Positions 50,596 through 60,268 of a stretch of DNA of 64,000 nucleotides are shown here, piece by piece. The stretch's first letter is position 1. Each line of letters begins with the position of its first letter. The DNA is from Spirochaetia bacterium (GTDB lineage Bacteria; Spirochaetota; Spirochaetia; SZUA-6; Bin103), in contig CBDBDQ010000005.1 in NCBI GenBank assembly GCA_965203905.1, forward strand, positions 32,001 through 96,000, written 5' to 3'. The notes beneath the pieces were generated by a model. The model was not told where the DNA came from, searched no databases, and saw only the letters and a list, made by a program, of their open reading frames with translations. A program made the translations under genes and the position numbers.

Positions 50596-53361
50596 ATGGC
50601 CCTCCTCAAACGAGTCGAGCTACTCGGCTTCAAATCGTTTCCTGAGCGGACCATCGTAGACTTTGCTGCCGGCATCTCCGCTGTCGTTGGCCCCAATGGC
50701 TGCGGCAAGAGCAATGTCGTCGACGCCATACGTTGGGCACTCGGCGAGCAGAACCCGCGCGCGTTGCGTGCCGAACGGATGGAAGACGTGATCTTCGGCG
50801 GTACCGAGGATCGCAGTCGCGTAGGTGTGGCAGAGGTCACGCTGGTACTGGAGAACGACGACCAGTCGCTGCCAATCGACGTCACCGAGGTCGAGTTGCG
50901 CCGCCGGTTGTACCGGTCGGGCGAGAGCGAGTACCTGGTGAACCGTCAGCCGGTGCGGCTGCGCGACGTGCGTGAACTGTTTCTGGACACCGGCGTGGGC
51001 AAGAACGCCTACTCGGTCATGGAGCAGGGTCGGATCGATCTGTTGCTCGCGGCCAAGCCGGAAGAGCGGCGTCAGGTGTTCGAAGAAGCTGCCGGCATCG
51101 CCCGCTCCGGCGCGCGCGGCGTGGAAGCGGACCGCAAGCTGCAGCAAACCCGCCGCAACATGAACCAGATCGAAGCGATCATCGCCGAGGTCAAGCGTTC
51201 CCGCGACGTGCTCGCCGATCAGGTGGAACGGGCCAATCAGTATCGCAGTCTCCAGGAGCGGGTGTTCGGCGCCGAACGCGACCTGGAGCTGATACGCCTG
51301 CGCGAACTGGAGGCACGCCACGCGACGATCCGCCGCGACCTGGAGCGGGCGCGGGCGCGGCATGACGAACTGCGCGCCGAGCGCAGCCGCGCCCGGGAGG
51401 CCGTGCAGCGCGGCGAGGGCCACATCCGCACCATGGAAACGGAGGTGGTCGAGCTCAAACGCCAGCTCTACGGGGTGGACCTGACCCGCGGCAACACCCG
51501 CGAACGGATGGCCACGACGCGCGAGCGTATCGGCGAGATCGAAGGCAGCATGGCCGGCTACCGCGACCGCGACCGCGGCGTGGTGGCCAAGATCGCCGAG
51601 CTGGAGCGGCTGCGCGACGGCAGACGGAGTGCCCTGCAGGCCACCGCGATACGGCTCGAGGAATTGCATGAAGCTCATACCCGGGCAACCGGCGCAATCG
51701 ACGGCGTGGAGCAGCGGATGCGGCGCAACGACGAGGCGGTGGAACAGGCCGGCAGCGCCGTACGCGACGGAGATCAGCGGCTGGAAGAGCTGCGCGCCCG
51801 CTTGCGCGACATCACCGACCACATCGTTGCCAGTCTCGATTCCAGGCTCCAGGCCGTGGGCTACTCTCCCGAGGCGCGGGCTGCCGCGGAACAGGACATC
51901 GCCCGCCTGTTGCGGGAGCTGAAGGTCACGCTGACGCCAGACGCCAACGGCGACGAGGACGCCGCCCGGCGCCTGGAAGTCGCCCGCGGACAGGTACAGG
52001 AGCTGGAGGGCCTGATCCAATCCTACGGCCAGCTCGCTTCGGCGTTCATCGACGACTTCCTCTCGCCGCGCGGCATCGTTACCCGGAAACGCCGCCTCGA
52101 CGAGGAGCTCGGCACCACCATGGTGCGAATTGCCGCGGCCCGCGCACGGGCCGAAGCCGGTCGCCGCGCCAATCACGAGTTGGCGGACCAACTCGAGCAG
52201 CTCCGGCGTCAGATCCGCGATCTGCAGGTAGAACGAGCGCGCAACCACACTCGGAAGGAGAGTCTCGGCGCCGAGAGCGAGCGCATCGACCGGGAGGTCG
52301 CCGAGCAGCAGGGACGGCGCCGCGAGCTGGCCAACGATGAACGCAACGCCGCTCAGGCGGTCGCCGCCATGACCGCGACCCTCGACGACCTGGAGTCGCA
52401 ACAGACGCAGCTGGAACGAGAGGACCGAGCGTTGCGCGAGCGCCTCGCCGAGTTGGACGCAGCGCTGCAGGGGGCGGCAGACCGGCAGCTCCACTACCGC
52501 CGGGGCGTTCAGAAGTTGGACCAGAAGCTGGAGCGCTCGGGAGAGAGCATCGGCAAGCTCCAGCTGCGCGATACGGAGGTCGGCACCGAGATCCGCACCG
52601 TGCTGCGCACCTTCCAGGAAACCCATGCCCAGGACCTGTCGCAGTACGAACTGGATATCACCCAGACCGAGTCACGCGGCGAGTTGCGTGCCACCCTGGC
52701 GCGATTGCGCGAACAGGTACGCCGCATCGGACATGTGAACCTGATGGCTCCGGAGCAATTCCGCGAGGTTGACGAACGCTACCAGTTCCTGCGCCGCCAG
52801 CTCCACGACCTGGAGACCGCCTCCCGCGACCTGGAGCAGGTGACGGAGCAGATCCGTGCGGAGTCCAGCGCCCTGTTCCTGAAGTCGTTCCACGACGTCC
52901 GCGCAGCGTTCCAGGCCATGTTCCGACGCCTGTTCGGAGGTGGACGTACCGAGCTGAAGCTCACCGATCCGGATGACGTGCTCGGGTCGGGCATCGAGTT
53001 CTACGCCCAGCCACCCGGCAAGAAGCTGGAGAACATCGCCCTGCTCTCGGGCGGCGAACGCGCCCTGACCGCGGTGGCGCTGCTGTTCGCCCTGTACCGT
53101 GTGCGCCCGTCACCGTTCTGCGTTCTCGACGAGATCGACGCCGCCCTGGACGACGAGAACGTGGGCCGGCTGGTGGAACTGCTCACCGAGTTCAGTGAGC
53201 ACACCCAGTTCCTGGTGATCACCCACAACAAGCGCACCGCGGCCGGTGCCACGCACCTGTACGGCATCACCATGGAAGAACACGGCGTCTCGCGCCTGAT
53301 CACGTTGCGGCTGCCCGCCGTCGAGCGCATCGCCGAGCCCGAGCTGGCGGCCGTCACCTGA
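50596..53361 (+). CDS. smc: SMC-family chromosome segregation ATPase, short (about 921 aa)
   Basis: GFKSF, GPNGCGKSN, a long coiled coil, LLSGGE and LDEIDAALD. Confidence 0.93.
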   Translation: MALLKRVELLGFKSFPERTIVDFAAGISAVVGPNGCGKSNVVDAIRWALGEQNPRALRAERMEDVIFGGTEDRSRVGVAEVTLVLENDDQSLPIDVTEVELRRRLYRSGESEYLVNRQPVRLRDVRELFLDTGVGKNAYSVMEQGRIDLLLAAKPEERRQVFEEAAGIARSGARGVEADRKLQQTRRNMNQIEAIIAEVKRSRDVLADQVERANQYRSLQERVFGAERDLELIRLRELEARHATIRRDLERARARHDELRAERSRAREAVQRGEGHIRTMETEVVELKRQLYGVDLTRGNTRERMATTRERIGEIEGSMAGYRDRDRGVVAKIAELERLRDGRRSALQATAIRLEELHEAHTRATGAIDGVEQRMRRNDEAVEQAGSAVRDGDQRLEELRARLRDITDHIVASLDSRLQAVGYSPEARAAAEQDIARLLRELKVTLTPDANGDEDAARRLEVARGQVQELEGLIQSYGQLASAFIDDFLSPRGIVTRKRRLDEELGTTMVRIAAARARAEAGRRANHELADQLEQLRRQIRDLQVERARNHTRKESLGAESERIDREVAEQQGRRRELANDERNAAQAVAAMTATLDDLESQQTQLEREDRALRERLAELDAALQGAADRQLHYRRGVQKLDQKLERSGESIGKLQLRDTEVGTEIRTVLRTFQETHAQDLSQYELDITQTESRGELRATLARLREQVRRIGHVNLMAPEQFREVDERYQFLRRQLHDLETASRDLEQVTEQIRAESSALFLKSFHDVRAAFQAMFRRLFGGGRTELKLTDPDDVLGSGIEFYAQPPGKKLENIALLSGGERALTAVALLFALYRVRPSPFCVLDEIDAALDDENVGRLVELLTEFSEHTQFLVITHNKRTAAGATHLYGITMEEHGVSRLITLRLPAVERIAEPELAAVT

Positions 53362-53446
53362 TGTCCAGGCGTTCGTGCCAGCCTGCCAGCAGCAGCAGGC
53401 AGCGAGTGGACACGACCCGCGCGCAACACGTACCTTGAACTCCCAC

Positions 53447-53518
53447 GCGCCTGTCGTATAAGGGTCATTACCCGAGCCTTCCAAGCTCGTGATGGCGGTT
53501 CGAGTCCGCTCGGGCGCT
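53447..53518 (+). tRNA. tRNA-Gly(TCC), CCA not encoded
   Basis: GCGCCTG/CGGGCGC acceptor stem, CGAGC-CT-TCC-AA-GCTCG anticodon arm and GGTTCGAGTCC. Confidence 0.95.
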
Positions 53519-53580
53519 CTACTCGACAACAGCCCGTCGCCAAGAGACACCCGAAGCCCCAAGCATCGCCAAAATTGCGC

Positions 53581-54373
53581 TCAGTCTGACAGCTCGACGC
53601 TGCGCTTGGAGCCACGTTGTGCCTCCAAGCGGGCGGTGAGAGCGTGCACCACCTCCGGGTGGCGGTACCACAGGTTGGTGGTCTCGCCGAGGTCGCGGCG
53701 CAGGTCGTAGAGTTGGCCCGTGCTGCCTGGCAGCGGGCCGCCGCGCCCGTCTCCGGCGCATTCGAAGATCATCTTCCAGCGCGCCGCGCCTTCGTCGCTG
53801 CGCAGGGCGAACACACCAGCGGAGGAGTGGTGGACCAGGCCGGTCCGCGGCGCCGCCGTGGCTGGCCGCCTCTCGCCGCCGGTCAGGGCGGCCAGCACGT
53901 TGATGCTGTCCTCCCCTGCGTCCTCCGGCAGCTTGACGCCGACGATGGCGGCGCAGGTTGCCAGCAGGTCGGACAGACACACCAGCACATCGCTGACCTG
54001 CCCGGCCGGAATGGCAGCCGGCCAGCGGGCGATGAACGGCTCGCGGTGGCCGCCGTCGTAAATCATCGCCTTGTAGCCGCGCAAGTCGCCGGCAGAGCGG
54101 TGTGCGCCAGCAGTAGCGGCCGGTGAGCAGCGCGTAGCGGGACGGCGTGCACACCGCGGACGCGGCGTGCGCGTCGGTGAGCCGCACGCCCTCCGCGGCG
54201 AGCCGGTTCATGTGCGGCGTGGGGATGCGGGATAAGGGGTTATAGCAGCCGACATCGCCGTAGCCCAGGTCATCCGCAAGGATCAGGACGACGTTGGGCC
54301 GCGGCGGCGCCGGAGATGCAGCGAGCGGACGCGGCACCGGTGCCGATGCGGGTGGCCGCGCCGCGTCCGTCAC
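53581..54373 (-). pseudogene. Arylsulfatase with a large internal deletion and frameshift
   Basis: The N-terminal [15 protein letters not shown]...[13 protein letters not shown] is joined near 54090, out of frame, to the C-terminal [22 protein letters not shown]...LYDL...ETTNL. The central part is missing. Confidence 0.88.
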
Positions 54374-54396
54374 GGCGGCGAAGTGGAGACCGGACG

Positions 54397-56070
54397 TTAC
54401 CGGTACATGCGGTCGTAGGCGATCTGCAGGATCTCCACGAAGCGGTCCACCTTCAACGCGTCGAGTTGCGCCAGGTAGTTGTTCCAGTCGGCGTCGGAGT
54501 TGATGTCCAGGTCGCCGGTCACGAAGCGGGCGAAGCTCTGGTCCACGAACTCCTTGAGCGGTGCCCGCAACTGGCCGTACTCGCGGCCCTCGTCGAATTC
54601 ATGGATCAGCGGCCGCACGATCTCGTCCGGCTGGTGCCCCTCGTACTTGTCGAGCGACTCCCAGTACAGGCGCGGCTCGATCGCCAGCGGGTCGTCCGAC
54701 ACCGGCACCTGGCGATCGAAGAACCCCTCCTCGAAGTAGTTGGGGTACATGTGGCCGACCAGGTGGTTGTGCGCGGTGTTGTACACGTTGATCTGCTTCC
54801 ACAGCGCGGTCTCGCCGGTGTAGGCCATCTCGCCCTCTTCCGCCCAGCGCCAGCCCTCGCCCTCGGGACCGAAGAACGGCACCATGCGCGACGCGCCGGG
54901 GCGATGCGCGAAGTCGAAGTACTTGATGATCGCCACCTGCTCCAGGTCGGTTGCGGCCGTGGTCAGGCTGAACTTGGAGCCGCGCTGGTTCTTGGGGTAG
55001 TAGCCGGTGAACTGGGCGCCGTTGGGGCCGACCAGCGGCGGCACCGCGCGGTACTGACGGTGCATGGTGCCCTGCGGCGCCAGCGCTCCCCACGGCACGC
55101 CGGCCTGGTGGGCGCCGACCCGCGCCGGTCCCTCCACGCCGCCGTTGTTGAGGGTGTGGAGCTGGCTGCGGTCCATCACGAACGCCTCGCCGTCGAACAG
55201 TCCGTCGTTGTAGAGGCCGTTCAGGTAGGTCAGGCCCTGGCGCCACTCGTCGGTGGTGAACGCCAGCGAGATGATGCCGTCGTTGACCACCATGCGGTGC
55301 GAGTTGGTGGGGTCGCCGAAGCCGTCGTCGTAGATGAAGGCGTTCATCACGAACGCGCCCGCCCTGCTGCGCCAGTAGTTGATCAACCCGGAGTAGGGAA
55401 TCTCGTCACCGGGATCGCCGTTGCCGTTGGCGTCCTGGTCGCGGAACGCCTCCAGCACGGTGCGCAGCTCAGCGGTGGTGGTGGGCATCTCCAGGCCGAG
55501 CCGTTCCAGCCACTCGACGTTGATCCACAGCTTCTGCGACAGGGTCGAGTGATAGGCCACCGGCCGCTCGGACAGCGCGTAGATGTGGCCGTCCGGCGCG
55601 GTGAGCTGGCGCGGCACCAGCGGATCCTCCGCGAACACGCGCTTGATGTCGACGGTGTGCTCTTCGATCAACCCCTCCAGCGGCGCCAGGAAACCCTGCG
55701 AGCCGTACAGGAACTGCTGCTCGGTGGTGATCCCGGAGTTGATGATCATGTCCGGCAGGTCGGAGCCGGCCGCCAGCACCAGGTTGATCTTCTGCGCGGC
55801 GTCGGAGCCGGTGACCTGATCCCACTCGATGTGCAGGTTGGTCTGCTCCTCCATCCAGGTCACCGCGTAGTTGGTGGTGATGTCCTGTATGCGCGCGGGA
55901 ACGTTGGCCAGCGCCGTCACGGTGATCAGCTCGTCGCTGATCGGGTAGACGCCGGGCGCCGACAGCGCGTCCATCGCCGCGCCGGAGCCCTCTCCCTCGG
56001 CGCCGGCGAATCCCATTACGGGAGCCAGCAACAGCAGCGCGGCCCCCATGATCGTGTGGAGTCGATTCAT
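54397..56070 (-). CDS. Carbohydrate ABC substrate-binding protein (family 1, LplA-like)
   Basis: AGGAGG RBS, signal peptide, [18 protein letters not shown]...DANGNG..DEIP and a C-terminal QIAYDR. Confidence 0.9.
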   Translation of the reverse strand: MNRLHTIMGAALLLLAPVMGFAGAEGEGSGAAMDALSAPGVYPISDELITVTALANVPARIQDITTNYAVTWMEEQTNLHIEWDQVTGSDAAQKINLVLAAGSDLPDMIINSGITTEQQFLYGSQGFLAPLEGLIEEHTVDIKRVFAEDPLVPRQLTAPDGHIYALSERPVAYHSTLSQKLWINVEWLERLGLEMPTTTAELRTVLEAFRDQDANGNGDPGDEIPYSGLINYWRSRAGAFVMNAFIYDDGFGDPTNSHRMVVNDGIISLAFTTDEWRQGLTYLNGLYNDGLFDGEAFVMDRSQLHTLNNGGVEGPARVGAHQAGVPWGALAPQGTMHRQYRAVPPLVGPNGAQFTGYYPKNQRGSKFSLTTAATDLEQVAIIKYFDFAHRPGASRMVPFFGPEGEGWRWAEEGEMAYTGETALWKQINVYNTAHNHLVGHMYPNYFEEGFFDRQVPVSDDPLAIEPRLYWESLDKYEGHQPDEIVRPLIHEFDEGREYGQLRAPLKEFVDQSFARFVTGDLDINSDADWNNYLAQLDALKVDRFVEILQIAYDRMYR

Positions 56071-56311
56071 GCGACTTCCTCCTTGTGCTTCGGGCCGTGC
56101 GGACCGGCCCGTCCGTAACCGCGCCGTTCCCGGCGCAGCAAATCGACAGGTTGCTATGGTACCACCGGTGGGCGCGCCGGTCACCCGTTGGCGGGCAGGA
56201 CTATCCCACGCTACGCGACAAGCCGGCTGCAATCGCTACTCCCGTTGCCCTCGACCGACGCCCAACTGCCCAACCGCACAACCGAGCAACTCGCACCCTG
56301 GCGGGCGCCGA

Positions 56312-57880
56312 TCACGGGGCCCCGTCTGGCGGCGACCCGTCCTCCCGATGCCGGAAGCGGTGGTGGGCTCGACAGCGTAGGCGCAAGTTCCCGGGCTCGG
56401 CGCTGCCGCCGAGCGCAAAGGGAACGATGTGGTCGAGCTCCAGCAGGAAGCGGGACCCGCAGCGCCGTCCGCTGTGCGGATCGACGTAACAGCAGCGGCC
56501 ACCGTCGCGGCGCCACACCTCGCGCTTCACTGGTGCCGGGATGTAGCGGGATCGACGCGCCCGGTGGGGCGGCTGCGCACTGCCTCCGGACGGGCCGGCT
56601 GTCGCCGGCCGCGGCCGCGAACGGCCATCGAGCTGCGCCGCCCCTGCCCGCTTCGCCGGCGAAGGAGCGTGGCGACCGCGATCCGCCGCTCCCGGCGCGG
56701 TCGGCATGCTCTGGTCCGCCGGCGGCGTCGGTACGGAGGCGCGGGACCCACGATCTGTCACCGACTTCGCTGCCGAAGTAGCGGTACCGGTCGCCACCGC
56801 TGCTGGCTTGGCACTCACCGGCGTGCTGCTGCCGCAAGTCTCGCACCCCGACGGCGGCGCGGGCAGCGCTGCCACCGCCGAGGTGCCGGCGTGGCCAATC
56901 CCGCGCGCGGGTTCCTCTGCGGACAGCGCTACCGGCGCCGGGGTGCTGCCACCGGCGATCGTGCCCTCCGGCGGCGGCACTGCGGGGTGCTCTTGCGCGC
57001 CCCGCTTCGCCGGCGAAGTCGTCCCGTCTGCCGGCCCTTGCTGCGCCCTCGGCTCCGGCGCCTGGCCCGCGCTTGCCTCCCGGCGCCCACCTCTGCGCCC
57101 GCGCGGCGGCCGCCCCGGGTCGTAGCGCTGCAGGCCGTCCTGCACCAGCCGCTCCACCAGTTGCCCCAGCGTCAGGTGCGGGTCCACGTGCGACAGCAGT
57201 GCCCGTAGCTGCTCGATCCCGCACTGACACGCGGCGTCGATCACTACCTTCAGCTCCCAGCGGCCCTCGCCCAGCGCCCGCATGCGATCGGCCGGTGGCG
57301 CCAGCTCGGGAGCCACCCCGGCCAACAACTGCTTCACCTCGCGGGTGCTCTTGCCGCTCGCCTGCGCCACCAGCTCCTGCCGCTGCGCCGCGTCCAGCGC
57401 CGGCAGCGGTCGCGCTGGCGCCGCTGCCCCGGGCCCGGAAGCCCCCGCCTCCGGCGTCGTCCCCGTGGCGCCCGGCAGCAGCTCCGGTGCCGCGGGTGCC
57501 GCGCCGGGGTCCGCGGCGGCGGTCGCCGTGCGCTGCAGGAGATCGAAGGTGTTCTGCAACTGCGCCGCCGCGCTCAGGGAGAGCGAGCCGTCCTGCAGCC
57601 GCTCGCGTGTCCCGGCGGTCTCGGAGCACAGGCGCATGGCTTTGATACGGCGCCACGCGGCACCCTCGCTGTAGCCCAACTCGCGCACCGCGTAGTCGAA
57701 CAGGCTGGAGAACCCGAGGCGCAGGTGGAGGTGGCGGGCGTGGATCTCGCGCAGGTGGTCGAGGACGGCGAGTTGCAGCGCCTGCTCGTGCAGGACGAGG
57801 GACCTGGTGTGCGCCAGCAGCACCTGGTCGGGGAGCCCGGAGAGGGAGGAGGCGAAGCCGGTGACGGTCACGGAAGCCAT
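56312..57880 (-). CDS. HNH endonuclease with a DUF222-like helical N-terminal domain (probable mobile element)
   Basis: N-terminal GFSSLFDYAVRELGYSEGAAWRRI; C-terminal RYIPAPVKREVWRRDGGRC...C...LELDHIVP...GG....NLRLRCRAHH; low-complexity linker. Confidence 0.85.
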   Translation of the reverse strand: MASVTVTGFASSLSGLPDQVLLAHTRSLVLHEQALQLAVLDHLREIHARHLHLRLGFSSLFDYAVRELGYSEGAAWRRIKAMRLCSETAGTRERLQDGSLSLSAAAQLQNTFDLLQRTATAAADPGAAPAAPELLPGATGTTPEAGASGPGAAAPARPLPALDAAQRQELVAQASGKSTREVKQLLAGVAPELAPPADRMRALGEGRWELKVVIDAACQCGIEQLRALLSHVDPHLTLGQLVERLVQDGLQRYDPGRPPRGRRGGRREASAGQAPEPRAQQGPADGTTSPAKRGAQEHPAVPPPEGTIAGGSTPAPVALSAEEPARGIGHAGTSAVAALPAPPSGCETCGSSTPVSAKPAAVATGTATSAAKSVTDRGSRASVPTPPADQSMPTAPGAADRGRHAPSPAKRAGAAQLDGRSRPRPATAGPSGGSAQPPHRARRSRYIPAPVKREVWRRDGGRCCYVDPHSGRRCGSRFLLELDHIVPFALGGSAEPGNLRLRCRAHHRFRHREDGSPPDGAP

Positions 57881-58064
57881 GGCGTAAATATAATCATGGT
57901 TGAGAAATGCCCAGTTTCGGCGAGTCCCGGGACCGGCACCGGGAAGAGTGCAGGCCGGCGCTGGCGGGGTGCTGGCGGGCCTGGAGGGCGTGGCGGGATG
58001 TTCGCAGGGTCGGAGGGGCCGGAACGTGCGGCAGGGGGCCATTACGAGCAGCGCCGAACCCGTC

Positions 58065-58086
58065 AAGTGCTCAGCGCACTTTTTTT
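58065..58086 (+). terminator. Possible intrinsic terminator
   Basis: aagtgc-tcagc-gcactt followed by a T-run. It could instead be an A-tract plus TTGACG promoter element on the minus strand. Confidence 0.4.
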
Positions 58087-58643
58087 GGCACTCTTTCGCA
58101 GAATCCTGCGAATCCTGCCCCGCGGCGCCGACGTGGCAGCAATGCAGCGGCGGAGACCGGCGTTGCGGGGAGGCGGCACCCCGTTCATTTCTGGACACAT
58201 CGTACAGCGAACGAGCCACGTATCCTGAAGGCCGCGATCTGGCAGGCACCAGGGCCATCACCGCCGCTCGGCCACTACCCTCAGAACATTCCTGCCTACA
58301 CGGGATGCAGACGGTTCAGCATGGGATGGCCCTGGTTGGCGGGTGGCGCGTGGCGGCGCGAGCGGCGCGGCTCGGGCGCTTGTTTCAGATGACCCGTCCG
58401 CCACCGCACGCAACCGCACTCTGGTGCGGGGAGCGGGTGGTCGCGCCCTGCGCCGGTGCATTCGAAGGGGCCGGAGCGGTGGACCAGTTCCGGCCACTTG
58501 GGCCGGCATGCGCGAGGCGGGTTGTAGCAGCCGATGTCGTCGTACGCCCAGGCAGGACCTCACGTTTCTCCCGGTGTTTGACAGGCATACCCGATGGCCC
58601 CAGGATTGGCGGTTCACCCTCCGCACGAAGGAGCAACCGAGTC

Positions 58644-59198
58644 ATGAAGAACTCAATCCCCCTGGTGCTACGAATCCTGACCTCAAGTCCGGCGTCTCGT
58701 GCAAAGCGGGTCACCGCGATCACGCTGGGAATCGGACTGGCAGTCGCCGGGCTAGGGCTTACCGGTTGTGAGCCGGTAAATGGCAGCATGCCAGCAGACC
58801 CGCCGAGCATCGTAGGTGAGTGGGATGTCTACCAGTATCAGGTATCCATCACGGGCACCGTCCAGGCCAACGTCGATCTGACGAGCCTCGGGTCGGATAT
58901 CACCGTCAGGTTCAATGAGTCCCCGCGGTCATACTCGTTCGCGTACCATCCTCCGTTGCAGGGGGTTGGGCCGGCAGCGGAAGTCGCCGCGGGGAACGGC
59001 ACCTACGTACAGGACGAGAGCAGGAACACTCTCACCCTTACGGGACGCTCGCTCGCCGGAGCACAGGGGACCTCTACGTATGACTACACCTTGAGTTCAG
59101 CCTTCCTGCGACTGCACCTCACCGAGAGCTTCTTCCACACGACCGGCGGCTCCACCCAGTCGGGCACAAGAACGGTGACGATCATGGCCAGGAGGTAA
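58644..59198 (+). CDS. Lipoprotein with a lipocalin-like (IVGEW) beta domain
   Basis: AAGGAG RBS, LTGC lipobox and SIVGEWDV; codon usage less GC-biased than its neighbours. Confidence 0.7.
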   Translation: MKNSIPLVLRILTSSPASRAKRVTAITLGIGLAVAGLGLTGCEPVNGSMPADPPSIVGEWDVYQYQVSITGTVQANVDLTSLGSDITVRFNESPRSYSFAYHPPLQGVGPAAEVAAGNGTYVQDESRNTLTLTGRSLAGAQGTSTYDYTLSSAFLRLHLTESFFHTTGGSTQSGTRTVTIMARR

Positions 59199-59227
59199 GG
59201 TGGCGGCGCCGTGTCCTTCACCGGCGG

Positions 59228-59317
59228 TTACCGGTACATGCGGTCGTAGGCGATCTGCAGGATCTCCACGAAGCGGCTCAGCTTCAGCGCCTCCAACTGC
59301 CCCAGGTAGTTGTACCA
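59228..59317 (-). pseudogene. 3' remnant (30 codons) of a second family-1 SBP gene
   Basis: Reads [29 protein letters not shown]. The terminal 49 bp are identical to 54397-54445. Confidence 0.85.
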
Positions 59318-59338
59318 CCATCGCCGTCCCGCGCAGAA

Positions 59339-60268
59339 TCATCCCTTCAGGGACCCGATCATCACGCCGCGTACGAAGTACTTCTGAACGAAGGGATAGG
59401 CGATCAGCACCGGCAGGCTGGCGACGATGATCAGCGCGAACTGCAGCAGGTCACGCATCCCCTCCAGCGCCTCCAGCTCCTTGGGGTCGATCAGGTCCGC
59501 CTCGATGGTGTTGATGATCAGGATGGCGCGCAGGAAGATCTGCAGCGGGTACAGCTCCTCCTTGTTCAGGTAGATGAACGCGTCGAAGAAGGTGTTCCAG
59601 TGGAACACGGCGTAGAACAGGGCGTTGACCGCGGTGATGGCGCCCGACAGCGGCACCACGATCGACCACACGAAACGCAGGTCGCTGCAGCCGTCGATGC
59701 GGGCCGCCTCCAGCAGGCCCGAGCTGATGGTGGTCTGGTAGTAGGTACGGGTGATGATCACGTTCCAGACCAGCAGGCCCTGCGGCAGCAGCATCGCCCA
59801 GCGCGTGTTGAGGATGCCCAGGTCGCGTACCAACAGGTAGTTGGGGATGATGCCGCCGTTGAACAGCATGGTGAACACCAGCAGTGCCATGTAGATGTGG
59901 CGCGCCTTGAAGTCGGGACGCGACAGCGGGTAGGCGGCCATCACGGTGAGCACGATGTTGATGGCGGTGCCGACGGTGGCGTAGAACAGGCTGTTGCCGT
60001 AGCCGATCCACACCTTGCGGTACTCGAAGATGGCCTCGTAGGCGCGCAGCGTCGGGTTCACCGGCAGCAGCCACACCTGCCCGCCCACGGTCGCCTCCGG
60101 CGCGCTGAGCGAGGCGCTGACGATATAGATCAGCGGATAGGTGACGCCGACCAGCACCAGAGCCAGGAACGCGTAGTTGAAGCCGTCGAAGACCCGGTCG
60201 ACACGGCTCTTGCCGATGCGCCGGCGCACCACGCGGTGCAGATCGAGGGCGGACTCGCGGGCTACCAC
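59339..60268 (-). CDS. Carbohydrate ABC permease (LplC-like)
   Basis: AAYPLSR, FNGGIIPNY, EAARIDG, HWN.FF and YPFVQKYFVRGVMIGSLKG. The start is uncertain. Confidence 0.92.
   Translation of the reverse strand: MVARESALDLHRVVRRRIGKSRVDRVFDGFNYAFLALVLVGVTYPLIYIVSASLSAPEATVGGQVWLLPVNPTLRAYEAIFEYRKVWIGYGNSLFYATVGTAINIVLTVMAAYPLSRPDFKARHIYMALLVFTMLFNGGIIPNYLLVRDLGILNTRWAMLLPQGLLVWNVIITRTYYQTTISSGLLEAARIDGCSDLRFVWSIVVPLSGAITAVNALFYAVFHWNTFFDAFIYLNKEELYPLQIFLRAILIINTIEADLIDPKELEALEGMRDLLQFALIIVASLPVLIAYPFVQKYFVRGVMIGSLKG

Noticed and set aside
56312-57880. IscB/Cas9-like nuclease
   Set aside because: No PLMP or split RuvC motifs were recognised; the HNH is C-terminal after a low-complexity linker.
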